Positions 25,746-29,660 of a stretch of DNA of 29,660 nt are shown piece after piece. Source of the DNA: a virus (lineage: Duplodnaviria > Caudoviricetes); IMG/VR virus record IMGVR_UViG_3300014775_001342, positions 1 through 29,660 of that record; one strand, written 5' to 3'. The notes beneath the pieces are model-generated. The model had not been told where the DNA came from, made no database searches, and was given only the letters and a program-made list of their open reading frames with translations. Made by a program: the position numbers and the translations under genes. Positions within the stretch are counted from its first letter, which is position 1. Each line of letters starts with the position of its first letter.

Positions 25746-25790
25746 TTCCCCAACCGCCCACCATTTTATCGTTAGGCAACGAAAAGTAAA
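25746..25790 (-). promoter_or_regulatory. Promoter-leader unit copy B
   Basis: TTTACT-16 bp-TAAAAT-GGTGGGCGGTTGGGGAA; homologous to 21086-21130. Confidence 0.6.
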
Positions 25791-25813
25791 GAAAAAAGTG
25801 ATAAAATTTTAAA

Positions 25814-26017
25814 ATGAATAAGAATAAGTTTATATTAATTGAAAACAACGAAAGTAAAGACATAGATACAATAGAGTTAAGACTTTATTTATTAAGTGCA
25901 AGCTTGTCAGAAATGCAATGTGATGATGATGGCTACTTATGGAAAGTACAGGAAAAAGTTAGCGAAGCGATTTTTTGGTATAATGAATTATTAAAGTTAT
26001 ATAGAGAGATGGAATAA
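25814..26017 (+). CDS. Hypothetical protein
   Basis: Protein-like 67 aa but no clear RBS; 3' overlap with the convergent gene. Confidence 0.5.
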   Translation: MNKNKFILIENNESKDIDTIELRLYLLSASLSEMQCDDDGYLWKVQEKVSEAIFWYNELLKLYREME

Positions 26018-26593
26018 TACTGCGTCTTTGTTTTGATCTTCAAAGTAAATAGCATATTTTGATTCTAAGCTAGTTTTTTTAGGTTCCCCTAGTACAGCCA
26101 TGGCAGCATTTAAAAAACCTTTAAAATAGACAGTATTCTTATCCTTAACAACATTAAATGCAAATACCTCACCCATTTTTAAATTGTCTTTGAATAACTT
26201 GTCTTTTTTTTCCATTAAAAAACTTATGCCATAGTCTTTAACATTATGATGCAAAATAGACTTAACGTGTATATTAAATATATCCCCGTCAATATGCCCA
26301 CACTTTAAATCACTGTCAAAACTCTTTTCTGTATATATTTCCATATCAGGTTCATTACAGTGCATTCCTAAACGACTAGTAATCCAGTGATAGGTTGCCC
26401 ACTCTCCTAACTTTCCCGTTATAATTTGCCTTTTAATCAGTGTTTCATCGCTTTGACCTCTCCTGGAGTAGCATTCCTTATTTGTACTATAAACCTCTTT
26501 AGCAAACTCTTGGCATTTATTAAAAGTTCTAGTAGGAAGTTTAATCTCTATTCCTGTATAGGGTTCTAACACTAGCTTCATATTTTTAATCAT
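25997..26593 (-). CDS. Putative PD-(D/E)XK-fold nuclease-like protein
   Basis: GKLGEWA helix, PD, DSDL and IHVKS in restriction-endonuclease-like order; His at the usual acidic position. Confidence 0.55.
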   Translation of the reverse strand: MIKNMKLVLEPYTGIEIKLPTRTFNKCQEFAKEVYSTNKECYSRRGQSDETLIKRQIITGKLGEWATYHWITSRLGMHCNEPDMEIYTEKSFDSDLKCGHIDGDIFNIHVKSILHHNVKDYGISFLMEKKDKLFKDNLKMGEVFAFNVVKDKNTVYFKGFLNAAMAVLGEPKKTSLESKYAIYFEDQNKDAVLFHLSI

Positions 26594-27156
26594 ACGCCTA
26601 CTTCCTCGGTTGAAGTTTTCTTAAACCAATTAATTAAAAATTCTGCATAATCTTCATATGGAATAACGTCATTTTCATTGTCACCAAAAAAAGGCTCAAC
26701 AATAACTGCAATTCTAGCCCCGAAACCCTTAACCTTTTTTAAATTATTATAACCCCTATCACCCTTGGCTAATTCTTTAACCCCTCGGTTGCGCTTTTTA
26801 AATTTTCTGCTTAAGGCTTTCAATAAGTTTTCAGCATAAAGCAATGAAACTGCATCACCTTCCAAGACTAAAACTTCACTGCCCGAGGTAAAAGAGTTAT
26901 AAGCATTACAATGTAATTCCAATGAGACAAAATCATCGTGCGTAAGTTTAACTAGATCATCTTCTAATTCATTAAAAAATCTAATTCTAACTTCAGGCAT
27001 TTTATTTAAAATATAGAATGCAACTTTAGAATTATATTTATATTCATTTCCGTGACCTACAACCACTGCACCACCTGACCTTTCATCGTGACCTACGATC
27101 AATAATGGATAATGCGTAGGCTTTCTTTTAAAGAATCTTTTTAAACAACCAAACAT
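26590..27156 (-). CDS. N-acetylmuramoyl-L-alanine amidase (Amidase_3), probable endolysin
   Basis: Zn ligands and catalytic residues in IVGH, NEYKYN, ELHCNA, VIVEPFF; also GSEVL and NRGVK. Confidence 0.88.
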   Translation of the reverse strand: MFGCLKRFFKRKPTHYPLLIVGHDERSGGAVVVGHGNEYKYNSKVAFYILNKMPEVRIRFFNELEDDLVKLTHDDFVSLELHCNAYNSFTSGSEVLVLEGDAVSLLYAENLLKALSRKFKKRNRGVKELAKGDRGYNNLKKVKGFGARIAVIVEPFFGDNENDVIPYEDYAEFLINWFKKTSTEEVGV

Positions 27157-28005
27157 CTATATCTCCCTCTTTTCATTAAATTTATATCTGTCTGCAAACA
27201 ATGCCTTAAGATCGTTAAAAGTAATCTCACGGTCATTCACATAGGTTGCCTTGTCTCTATTATAGTTTAACGCAAAAAATCTGTTTACCGCTATATCGTG
27301 AAAGCGACTTTTCGCTATTCTAATTGTAGCATTATTACCAAAGTCATTCTTAAAATTTTGGAATACATAAAAATATGGTGCCATTAACGCACTCTGTTGT
27401 GATCCTCTGCAATCCTCTGGTTGTATAAGATTTCGAACAGTTGTGTCTGTTATATCTTTTTTGGTATGAAGGACATGAAAGAAAGTTAAGCCAGTATCTT
27501 CTGCGATATTATTAAACTTAACCAATGCTTCTTCTTGTCCTTTTAACCCTAAACTTGTCCATAAATAACTAGTAGTTAAATTATCAAAAAACACCACTTC
27601 TGGTTCAAATGTTTTAATGTTGTTTTCAAACCAATTGAAAAAGTTAGTAAAGCCTTGCTTGAAATAATTATCTCTTTGGTTTTCAGATACAATAAAAATA
27701 TTTTTGAGGATCTCTTTATCGTTCAATTGTGTATTTAATTTATATTTATAATCTTCAATTTTTTCTTCTGATAAATGGATTAATATTTTCTTATTTTTTG
27801 CACAATCTATTTGTATAGCCCTTGATAACGATGACTTGCCACAACCTGCTGTACCTAATAAAAAATGGTTTTGCGCAGGTCTTAGTCCTAGATGTGCTTG
27901 TAAAAAATTAAACCTAGTCTTATGGAATTGACCTTGGTGTCTTTTCTCTGCTGTATTAAATTCTTTTTGCGTCATTAAAGCGCAATTTGGATGAATATTT
28001 TTCAT
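27157..28005 (-). CDS. SF4 (DnaB / T7 gp4-like) helicase ATPase domain
   Basis: Walker A GTAGCGKS, LSEE, Walker B VVFFDNL, VLHTKK, EDCRGS, IAKSR arginine finger. Confidence 0.85.
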   Translation of the reverse strand: MKNIHPNCALMTQKEFNTAEKRHQGQFHKTRFNFLQAHLGLRPAQNHFLLGTAGCGKSSLSRAIQIDCAKNKKILIHLSEEKIEDYKYKLNTQLNDKEILKNIFIVSENQRDNYFKQGFTNFFNWFENNIKTFEPEVVFFDNLTTSYLWTSLGLKGQEEALVKFNNIAEDTGLTFFHVLHTKKDITDTTVRNLIQPEDCRGSQQSALMAPYFYVFQNFKNDFGNNATIRIAKSRFHDIAVNRFFALNYNRDKATYVNDREITFNDLKALFADRYKFNEKREI

Positions 28006-28376
28006 GGTAATTCCCCTACTTTCTCAAATTTAAAAACATTTTCATGTTGTTCTTTTTTTTCCTGTTCTTCTTCTAAACGATTCTCTCTATGCTCATAAAA
28101 CCATACCCAGTTAGGCTCTCCTTCTTGTTTTCCGCCTCTGTTTTGAAAAAACCATCTTATACCCTGTTTCCTCTTTCTACTGCGCCAAAAGTCGTCATTA
28201 TCCATTAGGTGCTTTATTTCCATAATTGCTGACATAGCTATATCTAGCTCTAGCTCACTATCTGTGAACCTTTTCATTAATAATTTGTCTTTCAACAATG
28301 GTTTAATTAAGCGATGTGTTTTGAGATAACCCTTACCTTGGGTATTCCAAACTTTTAAAAAATCCTCAAATTCCAT
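28002..28376 (-). CDS. Hypothetical protein, possible replication initiator/helicase partner
   Basis: AGGAGG RBS; 4-nt overlap with the helicase; FEDFLKVW...DDFW...IRWFF resembles C-termini of phage initiators (weak). Confidence 0.5.
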   Translation of the reverse strand: MEFEDFLKVWNTQGKGYLKTHRLIKPLLKDKLLMKRFTDSELELDIAMSAIMEIKHLMDNDDFWRSRKRKQGIRWFFQNRGGKQEGEPNWVWFYEHRENRLEEEQEKKEQHENVFKFEKVGELP

Positions 28377-28403
28377 AGATCCTCCTGTTTGTGAAAAAAT
28401 ATG

Positions 28404-28433
28404 TTGACATGACCAGATGCGAATGACCAGAAT
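28404..28433 (+). promoter_or_regulatory. Promoter overlapped by a direct-repeat operator
   Basis: TTGACA (28404)-18 bp-CAGAAT; ATGACCAGA at 28409-28417 and 28423-28431. Confidence 0.55.
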
Positions 28434-28463
28434 TATTTTAGTAACAAAAAACAGGAGAAAATT

Positions 28464-29255
28464 ATGTTACAAGTAAAAGAAGTTAAAGGTTTACCAGACG
28501 AGGATTATCACGGTAATTCAACGCACCTATCATCAAGCCAGATTAAAATAGCATATAAAGACTTAAATAAGTTTCATGCTAGTGTTTATGAAGGTTTACA
28601 AAAATATGATACTAACGCACTTAAGTTTGGTCGTGCGGCTCACGCATTAATCTTGGAACCTAAAACATTTAATAATAAATATGCAATTTTTGACGACTCT
28701 ATGGACATGAGAAGAAAAGAGTCCAAGGAAATTAAAAAAGATTTTTTAGAAAGCATAAAAGGTACAGGTCAGGAACTTTTAAACGCTAGTGATTATGACA
28801 AAATTTGCAAAATGACCGAAGCTGTAGAGAAATATGCTCCTGCTAAAGAATTGTTATCAGGTGGTGATGCAGAGGTTAGTTATTTCTTTAATAATGGTGA
28901 GTTAGATTTAAAAATTAGACCTGATTATATTAATCACACGACTAAGACTATCGTTGATTTAAAAACAAGTAGAGATGCAACAGAATATTCTTTTGCTAGA
29001 GATGTTAAATTTAACTTTCATTATGATTTAAGTGCAGCAATGTATCTCGATGGTATCAAAAGATACACAGGTGAAGATTATAGCTATTATTTCGTTGTAG
29101 TTGAAAAAGATGAGCCATATTCAATAGCTGTTTATAAATTAGGTGAAGAAACTTTAAAATTTGGCAAACAAAAATATGAGAAAGCGTTAGAAAAAATTAT
29201 ACAAGCCAAAGAAAGAAGTGATTATAGATTGCAAACAAGAATACAAGAAATATAA
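28464..29255 (+). CDS. Exodeoxyribonuclease VIII (RecE)-like PD-(D/E)XK exonuclease, DUF3799 type
   Basis: YH...LSSSQIK, ALKFGRAAHALILEP, KIRPD, IVDLKT, YDLSAAMY, FVVVEKDEPY. Confidence 0.9.
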   Translation: MLQVKEVKGLPDEDYHGNSTHLSSSQIKIAYKDLNKFHASVYEGLQKYDTNALKFGRAAHALILEPKTFNNKYAIFDDSMDMRRKESKEIKKDFLESIKGTGQELLNASDYDKICKMTEAVEKYAPAKELLSGGDAEVSYFFNNGELDLKIRPDYINHTTKTIVDLKTSRDATEYSFARDVKFNFHYDLSAAMYLDGIKRYTGEDYSYYFVVVEKDEPYSIAVYKLGEETLKFGKQKYEKALEKIIQAKERSDYRLQTRIQEI

Positions 29256-29266
29256 GGGAGTAGGTT

Positions 29267-29461
29267 ATGACATCAGGGAGAAGATTAGTCGGCAAGCGTA
29301 AGCAACAACTCATTTCAAAGATTGAATCAATGTTAAAAAAATTACATCTAAAAGGTTTAAATGTGCGGTTTGTTGAGAAAACCTATCTAAACAAAAATTT
29401 CTATACCACTAAGGAGCTCTCTGGTGTCATTTCTGAATTGGTTAGATTGGAAGCCCAGTAA
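29267..29461 (+). CDS. Hypothetical protein
   Basis: GGGAG RBS; in operon with the exonuclease. Confidence 0.6.
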   Translation: MTSGRRLVGKRKQQLISKIESMLKKLHLKGLNVRFVEKTYLNKNFYTTKELSGVISELVRLEAQ

Positions 29462-29467
29462 AAGGTT

Positions 29468-29659
29468 ATGAAAGCAATACTTGAGTTTGATTTAAATGAT
29501 TTTCATGACAAGTTGGCACATAAGCGTTGTATCAATGCTACCAATGCGTATTTGTGTTTGTTTGATATTAGAGAAAAATTATTGGAGACAGAATATAAAG
29601 CAATTATGTTCAATGAAATTTTAAATAAATATGGTGTTGATTTATATGACTTGGAATAA
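29468..29659 (+). CDS. Hypothetical phage protein
   Basis: AAGG RBS; MKAILEF start recurs among small phage proteins. Confidence 0.6.
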   Translation: MKAILEFDLNDFHDKLAHKRCINATNAYLCLFDIREKLLETEYKAIMFNEILNKYGVDLYDLE

Positions 29660-29660
29660 A

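Noticed and set aside
21086-25790. Invertible segment bounded by the 45-bp inverted repeats
   Set aside because: No recombinase in the window, and the divergent central spacer fits promoters better than crossover sites; kept only as a test
1-29660. tRNA, integrase, reverse transcriptase/DGR, intron or alternative genetic code
   Set aside because: None recognised by eye; long genes are intact under the standard code with all three stops in use. A tRNA or Rfam scan was not run.

Overview
About 30 kb of an AT-rich tailed dsDNA phage genome with podovirus-type organisation. The minus-strand late module (1-22680) runs terS, terL, portal, scaffold, major capsid, then a ~9.6-kb block of decoration/fibre genes, head-tail adaptor, tail nozzle and probable ejection proteins. 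A divergent plus-strand cluster of small early genes (22855-25211) includes a Gp88-like Cys-rich protein. It is followed by a ~600-bp non-coding region with origin-like repeats, a minus-strand operon (small protein, SF4 helicase, Amidase_3 endolysin, nuclease-like protein) and a RecE/DUF3799-like exonuclease. Top observations: (1) an intact red-algal/cyanobacterial-type vanadium-dependent haloperoxidase gene inside the virion structural operon; (2) two homologous 45-bp promoter/G-rich-hairpin units facing each other 4.6 kb apart, one apparently driving a structured antisense RNA between terS and terL and the other firing into the origin-like region; (3) a fibre-type protein with an apparent Sec signal peptide. 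All calls come from motif recognition by eye; no database search or folding program was run.
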